Shown piece after piece: positions 1 through 11,700 of a stretch of DNA of 57,300 nt. Source of the stretch: Hydrurus foetidus (lineage: Eukaryota); the NCBI GenBank assembly GCA_900617105.1, contig UYFQ01000427.1, forward strand, positions 1 to 57,300. The letters run 5' to 3'. A model generated the notes under the pieces. It was given only the letters and a program-made list of their open reading frames with translations. It searched no databases and had not been told where the DNA came from. Position 1 is the first letter of the stretch; each line of letters starts with the position of its first letter. The translations under genes were made by a program, and so were the position numbers.

Positions 1-1490
1 GGTCCCGCTTCATCTGACGGATCAACCTCTGCCTTTCCCACTGGATCTAAATCGGCCTGCAGAGGGGAAGCATCAGCGGGTACGATCTCAACTTCTGCTA
101 AGTCGGTTACGGCGTGATTGCTGTCATCCTCTAGTACCCCTCGACTTGGGTCTAGTGGGTAGGGGCTATCTGGATCGGGTAGTGGCTGTTCAATCAATTC
201 TTGAGGCACGCTTTCGATGGTTGTCTTTCCAGCAAGCTGCCGTAGACGGTCAATTGCATCCTGAGTCAACGGGGCGGGCCTGAAGGTATCTCCTTTCATC
301 TCGGCGAGCGTAGAGAGGTTGAAGCACCAGTGTGTCCCTTTGAGGTTGCGTGTGGTCCCGAGCCACAGGCAGTAGTCTGCGCGAGGTGCAGCGGTGTTGC
401 TCCGTGGTCCTGGCGCACGTTGGAGAAATCCAGTTGTACCAAACGCATATGGTGCATCGACCTTATAACTCGGGGCCCTACCTCGAAATGACGTGTATGC
501 AGGGAGATGACCTGGTGCATTGCACTTTGGAATCATGTTAATGGTATGCACTACAAATGCGATGAGGGCGGCAGCGAGTCGCGTAGGCAACGGATAAGGT
601 AAGCTGTACAGAGTCGACCTAGCTTTGTTTTTGACGTGCCTTATTGCCGATTCAGCATGAGGTGTGTGTGAGCCGTGTCCGAGGATATTTAGTTGGGCAC
701 CCAACTCCTCTACACCAGAACGTGCTGATCTTACTGCCCCTTCGCCATCAGATGTCACTGTTCTAACATAAAACCCCTTTGACTTGTATTGATTAATGTG
801 AAGGAGCAAAGCCTTGCCTGCCCTCGAGCGCGAGCCCTCGGCAACCTTCGGACCTGATGCGGATCTGTCTTGGCCCGGCCCGAGATGAGTTACCATAACG
901 AGACCCAGGAGTACAGAGATACTTAAAAAGAAGACTTGACCGAGAAAGTAGAAGACATCGACTTGAAGCTCCTGGGACACAGACTCATGCACAAGTATCT
1001 GTTCGTCTTCACGGCATTTGTCTGTCTTTTGAGTTCCTTGGCCCATCTGGTAAGCAGCTGGAGTTCCGTATATGTTTTGAGCATTGACTAAGTCTGATCG
1101 AGTAAAGTCGAGATCTTTCATTGAACCGCGTTGAATAATCTCTGCAGCGCCTTTGTATCTCACAAATCCCATACGCTTTATGAATTCATAGGCCTTACGA
1201 GCACTTGCTAGCTGCCTTACAGAGTACTTCGAAGGACTGTGAGTCATGTATACTGGGACAACGTTGTTGATGTCCATGGTGTAGCGACCTCTAATGCAAA
1301 CGAAGGTAAGAGTTGGGCCACTTCTTGGCACGGTGATAAATGTGTCAGTGTCTTCATCATAGTGAACCGAATGAGTTTCCTTCAATTTGTGGTAGCTAAT
1401 TATATTAGCTTTCATGGAAGGGCTGTAGTAACCCTGGATTCCCATGTCCTTAATTGTAGCCACTTTGTTGATCCGAACTTTGTCTCCAAA
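1..1490 (-). pseudogene. Copia pol fragment (protease C-terminus, integrase)
   Basis: Manual translation gives ARKAYEFIKRMGF..VNAQNIYG (CoDi-type pre-integrase without HHCC) and the D,D,E core. Confidence 0.8.
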
Positions 1491-2853
1491 CTTGGACTGT
1501 TACAGGTGATTCGGCGTTGCGGATATCAATAGCGATCGCGGAGCTGCTGATTAAGTGTATACTCGACTGAGTATCCAGCAGGATGGTGGTGTCTTCTCTT
1601 CTCGAGTCAGCTGTCAGAAACACATTCCTAGCTTTAACTTCACCAACCTCATGTGAAGTATAGAAGATCGTTTCGTCCTCGGCAAGTCCCGTGAAGTGTA
1701 CTCTCTTCTCCGGGCAGCTCGAGGATCGATGCCCTCTCTTGCCGCATGTCCAACAGACGATGTCGTCAGGTGTTATGGATTTGGTGTTCTCAGAAGCAGC
1801 AGCGCCGTCATGTGCGGCATGCGATGTATCAAGCAATTTCTCTGGTGCTCCTCGACCCTTCCCGCGACCACCACGGCCGCCACGGCCACCTCTACCGCGT
1901 CCTGAGCGACCTCCGCGTCCACGTCCTTTCCCACCGTCTATGTGCAAGTCGTCTGCCCTTGATAGGTAAACACTTTCAAGAGCACCGCCTCCTGTGCCTT
2001 TGAAGCGTATAATTTGTGTATCTTTTATCTCCTTCCACAGTGTGGAGCTAGCGACTGGGAGGTCCGCGATACCCCTCCTTTCATTATCGAAGTAGTCCTT
2101 AGTTAAGGAGGCATATCTCGACATGTCCAATCGGTTCAAGATTCCGATGACAAGCTCCTCCTCTGGTATCACGGGAAGTCCTACAGAGGCGCGTTCGAGT
2201 TGGTGGTCCTCCACCCTCTTTCTGAAGGCGAAGCTTGTCTCATGCTGGAACATTCTCAAGTTGGACCATAACATGTTCACCCTTTCTCTGTCTTGCCCGG
2301 GGTTCCCACTTTGTCGGGCAATGTGGGTGGCGCGGATCCTGCCAATGAGATAAAGTAAGTCCCTGTTTAAGTACGCTTCTGTCCATTTCTCGTTGTCTTT
2401 GACTTCTGCTCTTGATGATTCGCTGAGTTGTGCGTAGACGAGTGCAAAGACTGAATGCTTATTTTCCATAATCTTCTTGGCTTCTGTTTTCCAATGTTTG
2501 TGGTCGCTGAAGTACTCAGCGAGGACGTTTTTGCCGATGTTACCCGCAGGAATATCATCTGGCATCTCTGGCTCCTCCTCCTCGATCCCATATTCCGGCG
2601 GAGTTGACCAGAACGCGAAGCAGATGGAGGCCTTGTAATTAATCGCCACATGCTCGCCCATCGTCTGAAGGAATTCGATGGGCTTGTTCTCTTTTCCGGA
2701 AGCTCCGAAATTTAGGTTTGGGAGTTCCGGGTTGCTGCCTTTAAACTTAGGCTCTCGGTATGATCTTGACTGACCAGCCGTGGGAGAATGCCTTCCTCGG
2801 CCGCCTCCCCTTCCTTGGCCTCGTGGACCTCGTCCGTGTCCGCGTCCAGACAT
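1450..2853 (-). CDS. Copia gag plus start of protease; frameshift near 1490 into pol
   Basis: 467-aa ORF with RGG-rich termini, CX2CX4HX4C knuckle and LLDTQS protease motif. Confidence 0.88.
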   Translation of the reverse strand: MSGRGHGRGPRGQGRGGGRGRHSPTAGQSRSYREPKFKGSNPELPNLNFGASGKENKPIEFLQTMGEHVAINYKASICFAFWSTPPEYGIEEEEPEMPDDIPAGNIGKNVLAEYFSDHKHWKTEAKKIMENKHSVFALVYAQLSESSRAEVKDNEKWTEAYLNRDLLYLIGRIRATHIARQSGNPGQDRERVNMLWSNLRMFQHETSFAFRKRVEDHQLERASVGLPVIPEEELVIGILNRLDMSRYASLTKDYFDNERRGIADLPVASSTLWKEIKDTQIIRFKGTGGGALESVYLSRADDLHIDGGKGRGRGGRSGRGRGGRGGRGGRGKGRGAPEKLLDTSHAAHDGAAASENTKSITPDDIVCWTCGKRGHRSSSCPEKRVHFTGLAEDETIFYTSHEVGEVKARNVFLTADSRREDTTILLDTQSSIHLISSSAIAIDIRNAESPVTVQVWRQSSDQQSGYN

Positions 2854-2950
2854 GACATTTTCTGCGCAGATTCTCTCTGATTCCTTCCTGATTCTCTCAG
2901 GACTAGCTTGCTCTCTAGATGCTCTCTATTCCAAGCGTCTTATTTCTTTG

Positions 2951-3374
2951 TGTTCGGTAAAATCGTGAAATTCACTTTTGATTCTTTCCGGCGACTGATG
3001 CAGTCAACCTTTCTAGACAGAATCGTGTATTTCTAACTTGTGCTTGTAATATCTTTGTGCTTGTAATATCAACCTGAAACTCCTTGAAGACAACTCTGCG
3101 ATTGTATAGGCGCGCTTTCCTATACGCTCAAGAGTCTCTAGTGAGAGGAGTTTGCGAAACTGGCTTGGACTTATAATTACTTGACAAAGAAATATGAGAG
3201 TTGCAGTAGAATACTCTATCTATTTCTTATGAGATGACGATGTGCCGTTGCATTCATCGACTAAATCGTACTTGATCTACCAGATCGTTTGGATATCCTT
3301 CATCCACGTCACGATACATTCAACTGTCCTACGACAGCCATCATTTGTGGATTGTTGAGATCATCACTTCAACA
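2951..3374 (-). repeat. Putative 5' LTR of the first Copia (424 bp)
   Basis: TGTT...AACA termini. The inner edge abuts a 10-nt segment complementary to an internal LTR site. No second LTR is in the window to confirm the boundaries. Confidence 0.55.
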
Positions 3375-3486
3375 AGATTCCGTATCCTCCATCCGGTAAA
3401 CTTGTACAGGGGATACCGTAAACCGTAAATCCCAAACAAATTAGAGTGGTGGAGCAATCTGGAAATAATTCCGCTTTTTGGGGGGT

Positions 3487-4115
3487 AAATCCGGATTGAA
3501 ACCGTTCCTTACGGCACGAGTTGATCTGGGATTTCGTAAAATCACCCTATGGGGCAGAAAATACGTGAATTTTTCCAGAACTCAAAAACTCAGAACTCGA
3601 GTTGTTCTGGAAAAACAGGGCCATTTTTCCAGTTCTACTGCGGTTCGTGTCACTGAGCCACCGTACTCACAACTCAACTCCATCTTCACCGCGCCTCCCG
3701 GTCCCTCTCTCTCACAATGAAGCTGGGGTGTGTGTTGCCTTACTAAGTTTTGTTAATCTACTATGGGTGCGCTTAGATTGCTCTAGGGACCCCGGCCCTT
3801 CCCGATTTCGTCCCCGAAGGGATAGATTAGGTTGCCCGGGATATCACCTTCCTTAGAGCGACAATATAAGCGATCAAAAAACAAAACAAAAACGATTGAT
3901 TAAATAAAATGATAGGCATGGTTGGCTACGGGGCAAAAGATCACAGCACGAAGTTACCGTCGTACGATATGTGAAGTTGAAACAGTATTCGATTTGAAAT
4001 CTGTTCAAATTTATGCCGGACGTGTACCCCGCATTCCAGTACTGGAAAGTGTGCATTAGTCACTCACTCTGCGGAGAACCTGCACAAGCGTCCACTAGCT
4101 ACCGCCCATTCTCAA
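3487..4115. repeat. Long direct repeat copy 1 (matches 16087-16771)
   Basis: Near identity at offset 12600 over 3487-3957 (3 substitutions seen), then two indels (~64 bp and ~8 bp). Confidence 0.93.
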
Positions 4116-4335
4116 TTCTACTGCGGTTCGTGTCACTGAGCCACCGTACTCACAACTCAACTCCATCTTCACCGCGCCTCCCGGTCCCTCTCTCTCACAA
4201 TGAAGCTGGGGTGTGTGTTGCCTTACTAAGTTTTGTTAATCTACTATGGGTGCGCTTAGATTGCTCTAGGGACCCCGGCCCTTCCCGATCTCGTCCCCGA
4301 AGGGATAGATTAGGTTGCCCGGGATATCACCTTCC
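4116..4335. repeat. 220-bp split repeat B (other copies 3633-3852 and 16233-16452)
   Basis: TTCTACTGCGG...GATATCACCTTCC seen three times. Confidence 0.93.
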
Positions 4336-4365
4336 ACCCGATGTCTCCCCGAAGGTGACCTTTGC

Positions 4366-5538
4366 CTATCTGGTTGGTAAGCACCGTCCGACGTGATCTA
4401 CCAGAGGCTTCACTGTTCCTTGCGCCCCCAAGTTCACGTTACACGCCAACGGTCCTAATGCTACAGTAGAGTAATCATAAATCGTGTCGTACACATTTGA
4501 ACCGTCCGCATAGTTTCCCCTGTCCCTACGATCATCTGATGACGCTCCTAATCCCCTCATCTGCGACATGCCTCCTTTGCGTAGAGAGTGAGCCGAGAAT
4601 CGTTCAGGTGAGAATCCCGCGTTGACCGCCATATCCTTTACTGCACATCTTATTATCTCAGCTGACAGTCTCTTCTTGAACACCTTCTTCGTTTGTACCG
4701 GAGCGGATGGACATAGATTCCAGCACCATTTGTCTCTTGCTCGCGCTCCCTTGTGCGACGATGCTTCTACCTCGCAGGCGACTATCTTGCAATCTGGATC
4801 ATCATTGATAGCCTGCGCCAGTCCCGCCCCCGACACTACCCGCTGATGCCCCCCTTAAATGATTTCAGTTACGAACGACAACTGTCATACCTGCACGCAG
4901 TGATTCTCTGATGATGACTCCGCTGCAGTGAACTCGCTTACTCTCGCTACTTGATCAAATCCCCACATAAGCCCAAGATAAGTCATCCTATCATCGACAT
5001 CTCCCCACTCCCAAGCCTTGTTCACCCACAATCTCACCCTGGCTTCCATCAGCATGTCCTCGCTAACCGGGAGCGTTGCCCTGCTTTTCGCATCCCTTTT
5101 GAACTCCCGGATCTCATCACATGATGGCCTGCACGCTGCTCTTGCGCTCGTTATGATTTGATGATCAAATCATTCCACGGATCTGAGCGCTGCGATGAAG
5201 TGGTGCCTAATCCCAGCGCTCACGCATGTGGCCTGTCTCCCTCTCATTTTCCCTATCTCATATCTCTCTTTGAAGAACAGCGCAAGGGTGACTGCCCTCT
5301 CTGCGTCGCTGCGAGCCTGGTCCAGGTACACGTCCCCCTGAACATAGCTCGCTGAAGAATTCCCAATGAAGGACACCCAGTCCTTCCAGTCAGCAGCGTA
5401 GCCGTTTCTCGTACCCCTTGTAACTGCTTTTGTGAGGACCTGCCCTAGCTCTCGTCCGGGTCCACCGCTCACTACCACACAGCCCGTTGTAGGCCGTTCC
5501 AATGCGGCCCCTTCCTGAACCCGACGTTCCGATCGCAC
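4366..5538 (-). pseudogene. Tyrosine recombinase ORF (frameshifted)
   Basis: GFDQVARVSE (catalytic R), AHSLRKGG (HxxR), RGNY and a C-terminal Tyr. Split into ORFs 5170-5538 and 4366-4836. Confidence 0.88.
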
Positions 5539-5543
5539 CGACC

Positions 5544-8012
5544 CTACAAGGTAGAGGGAAATGGTGGAGTAGTGGATGGGTTAGTCACGGCCTTTTCCAC
5601 CTCGCTCAGCGCGCTTCTCAATTCCCCCCAAAACCCTAAGAATGTTCCCTCCCCCTCCAAGCTCCTCTTCGGATCGCAGCATGCAAGTAAGGTTTGTACT
5701 TGAAAATTTTCTTGCAAGTTTACTACGATAATCTGACTCAGTCCCATCGTATCAAGAACTTCCCGCACTCCAACGCCTCCCGACTCCTCCGACCGTGATA
5801 ATCTATCGCAACGCCAGTTATCCTCTCCGGATATATGGACGCTCTTCTTCACATCTAGGTTGAAGCGAATGCTAAGCAGGGTGAAAACCATGGACGCATT
5901 CGTGACAAGTTGCCCTCTGGTCCTCTCCGTCTCAGCCCATGTAAGCGCCGCAACGCTATCCCCCCTAATTTCTATGTTCGCGTCCCTCACTCCCAGGAGT
6001 ACAAGCCCCACCATTCCAAGAATGCAACCAATGTACTCAGCTGCGTTCTGGAATGAGGAGTCGGACCCAAACCCGAATCCTCTGAGGTCAACGGCGCCGC
6101 CCCCCATAGCCACCTCTATGCCGTTTGCCTGCCTTTTATACCACAGGATGCCTGCCCCCGTGAGGGACGCATCAAACTCCACGACGTACTCCAACGTCTC
6201 TGGCACGAAGGATTCCATCCGGCGTGTGTATCGCTGGTCATCAAACGAGACGAGATACAGCATGGCCCGCCACCCTCGTATCGCCCTCTGAGTTTCCTCA
6301 GGTAAAAGGAATAAAGCGTGACGACTCTTGCGCCCGGACGTAGCCCGATGCAGAGCTCCACAGAAACGGCGCATAGCCCGACATATCTTAGAGTATCTGC
6401 TTCCCCATGAGGCCAGCTTTTCCGCTGTCTTCAGCGAGACCTTCTTATCCAAGTTCGTCGTAAAGAAACCGTAAACGGCATTCAGCAAGTTCTTCCGCGA
6501 AATCGAAATTAGACGCAGTTTGATGTCAAGGATGTACCCGAGTACGTCAAGCCGAGTCCCGGTCTCTGTCTTGTCCTCCGCAATCGTATTTGGTCCGAGG
6601 AGGCTAGTGCACACGTCCTTGGCGCGCTGAACTTCTTTGTCGAGACCCTGGGCGAGACACACACCGACGATGTCGTCGACATACATTTTGCACCTGCCTT
6701 TTAAGCTGTGCTGTAGCTCCCACTGAATCCCGCGAGACACGACCTGGAACGCCGCAGGTGTGCACATCCAGCCGAAAATGCCACAGATTCGTTCGCCATA
6801 AATCTCCATCCCAAAGTATTTTGCCGACTCAGGATGCAGGGACATCAATTGGTAGGCTCCTCTAAGGTCTGTCTTCCACAGCCGTAAGTCCTCCCATTGA
6901 ACTAGTGGATCAATACGAACCGCCTCACTATAGAACTCGAGAATCATGCACACCATCTCATCGATGGTAGGCAGTTCTATTTTACCCCACCAGCTCTCGG
7001 CAATCTGCTTGGATTCCTCACAGTTGAGCGGAGTACCATCGCAGAATGACATGTCGCCGATGCATCGGCCCGACGCTTTGCCTTTCTTGGGCGTCCACGA
7101 TGCCTTCCCTACGTGCAGTCCATCAATCAGGGCAATAGCCTCAGTCTTTGGAAGACAGAAAGCTAGCCCCTGGGCATGTAGATCGGCTAGCATTCCATCC
7201 ACTGCTTGGTGAACCTCTACGTACGCCGGTCGCATGGGAGTATGGTCTCCCTTTCCATTTGGGACAAACCCTGCAGGCAGTGGCACTCTCATTCCCTTCG
7301 CAATATCGAACAGACGCGTACGCTCAGGATTGTCCGCTCGAAGCAGCTCGACTCAGTGGGCGGACATTCTCGTAGCTCCGATTTTCTTCAGCCGCATCCT
7401 CACCATCGCGCTAAAATCGAGCTGCGCTGCCCTGAATAAGCTCATGTCACTGTCGACCAGGTCCTGCGGGAATTTAAATCCTCCTGCCCACTTGACGGCC
7501 TCCTGTTTACCATAATTACCGTCGGCACTCGCTATGGACTCCCTCGCGAGCTCCTCCAGAGTGTCTTTCGGTAGCCCCTCGTCTGGCGCAAACATGCTTA
7601 TCGCAGTGTCTAGAATACTTTTAATAAGTTCGGGGCTCATCCTTTCCCTCTGAACATCGTCCAAGTTTGACTTTCTGTCAGCAGCCCGACCTCTCAGACT
7701 GTTCGTTAGGAGTTTACTCTCTCCTCCGCTTGGTACTTTAGAGTGCTGCGACTCCCTGACCTCCCCTCCTTCGCACGGTGCTCGTGAGTACTTCGACCCT
7801 CTCACCTCCCCTCCTACGCTTGGTGCTATCGAGTGCTGTGACTCTCTGACCTCCCCTCCTACGCTTGTTGCTACCGAGTGCTGCGACTCTCTGACCTCCC
7901 GTCCTACGCTTGTTGCTACCGAGTGCTGCGACTCTCCGACCTCTCCCCTGCCTAAACTTCTCAGTGTGGGTGTTACTTCTGGTGGTAGTGCCCTCGGGTG
8001 GCTACCACGCAT
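5544..8012 (-). pseudogene. Reverse transcriptase-RNase H ORF of the YR element (one in-frame TGA at 7353-7355)
   Basis: KTDLRGAY, IFGW and YVDD RT motifs; RNase H motifs EFDAS/AEY/RGDS/CDRLSR. ORFs 7353-8012 and 5544-7292 are in the same frame. Confidence 0.9.
7722..7950 (-). repeat. 45-bp coding tandem repeat x~5 (GGEVRESQHSVATSV)
   Basis: Visible in both DNA and protein. Confidence 0.9.
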
Positions 8013-8015
8013 GAC

Positions 8016-8273
8016 CTACGGCTTGAAACCTTTGATACCACCCACTAGTGGAGATAGGCAATTCTGCATCCATAACGGCATTGTAGCTATAAGGCCAACA
8101 GCTGCCTCCTTCGTCATGTCACTGAGCTTTCCGTGCTTAAATTTGCAGCTTGCTCCCTTTAAGCACTTAAGCGGGGTCCCGTTTTTCTTCACCGCTCGTA
8201 GCAGCAGTCCTAGATGCGAGCCACACTGATTTGCTTCTACGTTGTTTACCTCAGATTCCTGACTGGTTACTTT
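8016..8273 (-). pseudogene. C-terminal part of YR-element gag with a C-x5-C-x3-H zinc-finger-like motif
   Basis: Removing the Gypsy and one 4-bp TSD joins ...GKAK to VTSQES...CLKGASCKFKH in frame. Confidence 0.8.
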
Positions 8274-8538
8274 TATGGTCGTTGGTGACCAAAGGACGGT
8301 GGACGAGGACGATGGACGAGGACGGAGGGCGAAAAACGAAGATGGAGGAGGTGGAAGAGTATTCTTATAGTTTACAGCGAGAAACAAGCAGTAGTATCTA
8401 CAGTGATGTGTACTCGCGTGGAAACGAAAAGAAAAGAAAACTGTACCGGACTTTGGGTCCGTTCTAGAATCTACAGTACAGGTATAGTATACAGTCACAG
8501 TGTATCCGTACATGCAGTACAGATACAGTGAGGCTACA
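8274..8538 (-). repeat. 3' LTR of Gypsy 1
   Basis: Matches 13750-14014 and is preceded by a polypurine tract on the minus strand. Confidence 0.93.
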
Positions 8539-8743
8539 CTACCCCTTCTTCCCTTTTCTTTTCCAATGAACTCTACTAATATTTGTATGAGAGTGGGAAA
8601 GAAAGACGAAACAAAACACATTTTGAAAAAATGAGAAACTTCGAAAACGATGATGTCAGACTCTTACTGACTAAATTCCTCCAAAAAAGAATATAAAAAA
8701 ATAGGAGGTAAATTCTTCATGAATAACGTTTCGAGTGAAGAAA

Positions 8744-11700
8744 TCAACGGTGTTGTTTATTGATTAGTTTTGTCAAATTATTTTGACGCAAGTAATCATG
8801 AAGTTTATCAACATCACGAAGATTGGAGTAAGGCTCCCAAGTGTTTTTATCAGAAGGGTAATTTAACCATTTGACTAAAAACTCAATCTTGGAGCGTTGA
8901 TGAGGTCCACGGTGATCAAGGATGTCTTCTACGAAGTATTCCATATGGTCACGACGCGCGACATCAACAGGATTTGTAATCGCTGGATCATACAGAAACG
9001 GTTTCATGGCAGATACATGATATACCGCTGTTTTTGTGTGATCAAATCGTATAGAGTGTAACGAGAATTTTCGCCACTGACGACTTTTAATGGACCTCTC
9101 CAATGCGTATGAAGACGTGTTGGAGGTGATCCATCGCGATAATGTACAAGAACATATGAGTCGCGAGGGTACTCAATATGCTGAGAGATCTGAGATTGGT
9201 TTTGATGAAGTAAATCTGTACGAAGAAGTTCTTTGGCCGAAGCTTTGAGAAGACTATCTTGTATTTTTAATAGATTGCTCATACGTGCCGACAAAGGTTT
9301 GTCATTAATAACAAGTCTCTCAGATGGAGGAAGAAATATTCCTCTGTCTAATTTGAGTATATTGCCGAAAAGCAATTGAGATGCAGAGATTTTTAAACGA
9401 TCACTGTGATTAGAATTTAAAATTCGTTGCACAAATGGTAGTGATGTTGAATAATCATCAAGCGTTACGTTATCGTAAGTTAAAGCACGAAGGTGTCTAT
9501 TAACTTCTTTATTCATGCGTTCAACAATGGCGTTTTCTTCTTTAGAATAAGCTAACGTTAAACAGTGTTGAGTGCCAATAAGAGTTAGAAACTCTTTGAT
9601 AACTTCGGCAATGAAGTGTGGCCCATTATCAGAACGGAGTTGGAGAGGTGCGCCGAAACGACCGAAATGTTGCAAAAGGCATTGAGCAGTCGAAAGTGCC
9701 GAAGCATCTTTAGTATGAAACAGCTCAACCCACCTTGTGAACGTATCGATAATTACGAGTACGTACCCCCGTCTGGAAACGGTCCTACGAAGTCTATGTT
9801 AAGGCATTCCATAGGTGTGTAAGTAGAAGTCGAAAAGCCGTGAGCATGAATTGGGATCTTTAACATGCTCATCTTTTGACAACACGAACAGTGATCTATG
9901 AACCACCTGACATGCTGTCGTTGAAACTGCCACACCTTGTTGTTGTCTTTGAGACGCTTTAAAGTGCGCTCAAGACCAAAGTGACCAACTTGTGAATTGT
10001 GTACATTACTTATAGTATTGTATTGTTCACGAGTCAGTTTGAATTTTTCAATAATATTGGCAGACATGATTGTCTCAAGTGAATATTCTTGAGGATGGTC
10101 AATCATGTTGTTACGACAGAGTCGAGACATCGAATCGGCTATGTCATTGTTAACACCAGAAATGAATTCAATTTTAAATGAGAATTCTGATAAAGCCATA
10201 AGCCAACGAACAATCATTGGATTTGAATGATTTTTAATGTATAACAAGTTACGATGATCGGTGCGTAAAGTAAACATCCGATCACGTAATAGCGATTTTA
10301 AATACGTGCACGCAAAGAAAATAGCATATGCTTCTTTCTGTATAACTGCCCACCTAAGTTGAGCTTTGTTAAGCGATTTACTAACAAATGCTACGGGCGT
10401 CTCTTTTCCGTCAACTAACTGAAAAGATAAGCACCTACACCGTAATCCGATGCATCAGTGTGCAAGTAAATCGGATCGGTGTCACTTAAAAAGTGCATTG
10501 TCGTGCATTTTGCAGTTTCAGATTTAATTAACTCAAATGCTGAGTCAGCTTCTGGTGTCCAAACTATTTTTTAGATTTATTATAATCAACAAGCAACTGG
10601 TGTAACGGATATAGTACACTTGAAGCATTTTTGATAAAATCGTGAAAATAGTTTACCAAACCTAAAAAACTTTTAAGTTGTTTAGATATATCTGGTTTTG
10701 GAAAATCTAAAACTTGCCGTATTTTTTCTTGTGACATTTTTAGTCCTTCAGCAGAAAGGACTTTGCCAACATAATCAATTTCGGAATAGCCAAGATAACA
10801 TTTATTTGGTTTAAGAAATATTTTATGTTGTCGAAAGCGTTGAAAAACAAGACGGAGTCTAAAAACTAATTCGTCAGTGTCTTTGCCGAAAACATTGCAA
10901 TCATCAATGTACATTTCGCATATAGTGTAAATCAATCCAGCTAATACAACAGTTGCCATGGTCTGTTGAAAATAAGAAGGAGCTCGTTTAGGCCCAAAGG
11001 GCAGACGAGTGAATTGATACACGCCACAGAAAAGTATGAATGCAGTGTATGCGCGTGCTGCCAGTGTAAGCGGTGCTTGATGATATCCTTGAGTGAGATC
11101 AAGTGTAGCGAATACTTTAGCTTTATGAGCACCAATTCGACGTAACATTTCATTTATGTTAGGAATGGGCCATGATGCATCTTCGGTACAATCATTAAGA
11201 TTTCGATAATCTATACACATGCGTTTGGTTCCGTCAGACTTTGGAACCATAAGCACTTGGCTGTAATAAGCCGCATTTGATTTCTCGATAATCCCTTGCT
11301 CTTCAAGTTTCGCGAGTTGACGTATAATGTCAGCTTGATTTGCAGTGGATTGTGGTCGAGGAGGTGTTCTATTACGGGAGACTTTCCATTTTACGTCATC
11401 CACGTTAAGTTCAAACGGTGGGATATCAGCAGGGCTAGCCGGAAGCTCACTGCTAAATATATCCCTAAATTCGTTACATAGTAAACGGAGTTTATTTTTC
11501 TGATCTTCATCACCTGCTATGTGTATTAGCGAGAGTGAATCTGTATCAAGAAATTCATTAATCCATGGTGAAAAGGAGTCATTTAATGAATCATCAATTT
11601 CATCTTCATCAGGCGGCACAACTCCAAATAGTTGTTCCGACTCTTGAATTAACGAAGCTAGTATGACATGTGTTTGGGTGACTGCCGGATCTTTCATTTG

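Larger units (their letters stand above)
1..3374 (-). mobile_element. Ty1/Copia LTR retrotransposon (CoDi-like), 5' part; runs off the window start
   Basis: Gag with CCHC knuckle (CWTCGKRGHRSSSC), protease motif LLDTQSSIHL, and integrase core downstream (VDVFY..TSDGEG..HAESAIR). Putative 5' LTR at 2951-3374. Confidence 0.9.

Noticed and set aside
3065..3075. Alternative LTR edge at 3075 with GGTTGATATT as a half-tRNA PBS
   Set aside because: Only GGTT matches the copia-type GGTTATGGG site and the terminus lacks TGTT/AACA symmetry. Position 2951 fits better, but 3075 is not excluded.
3478..4396. Short ORFs repeated in the terminal repeats
   Set aside because: Start with non-ATG codons or lack motifs, and recur only because the DNA is repeated.
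7353..7355. In-frame TGA/TAG stops as readthrough or an alternative genetic code
   Set aside because: Host genes and the intact Copia use standard stops; single transitions explain these.
8744..10600. Frameshifts in Gypsy 1 pol as programmed recoding
   Set aside because: Too many, several in homopolymer runs, and absent at the same sites in Gypsy 2; likely mutation or consensus error.
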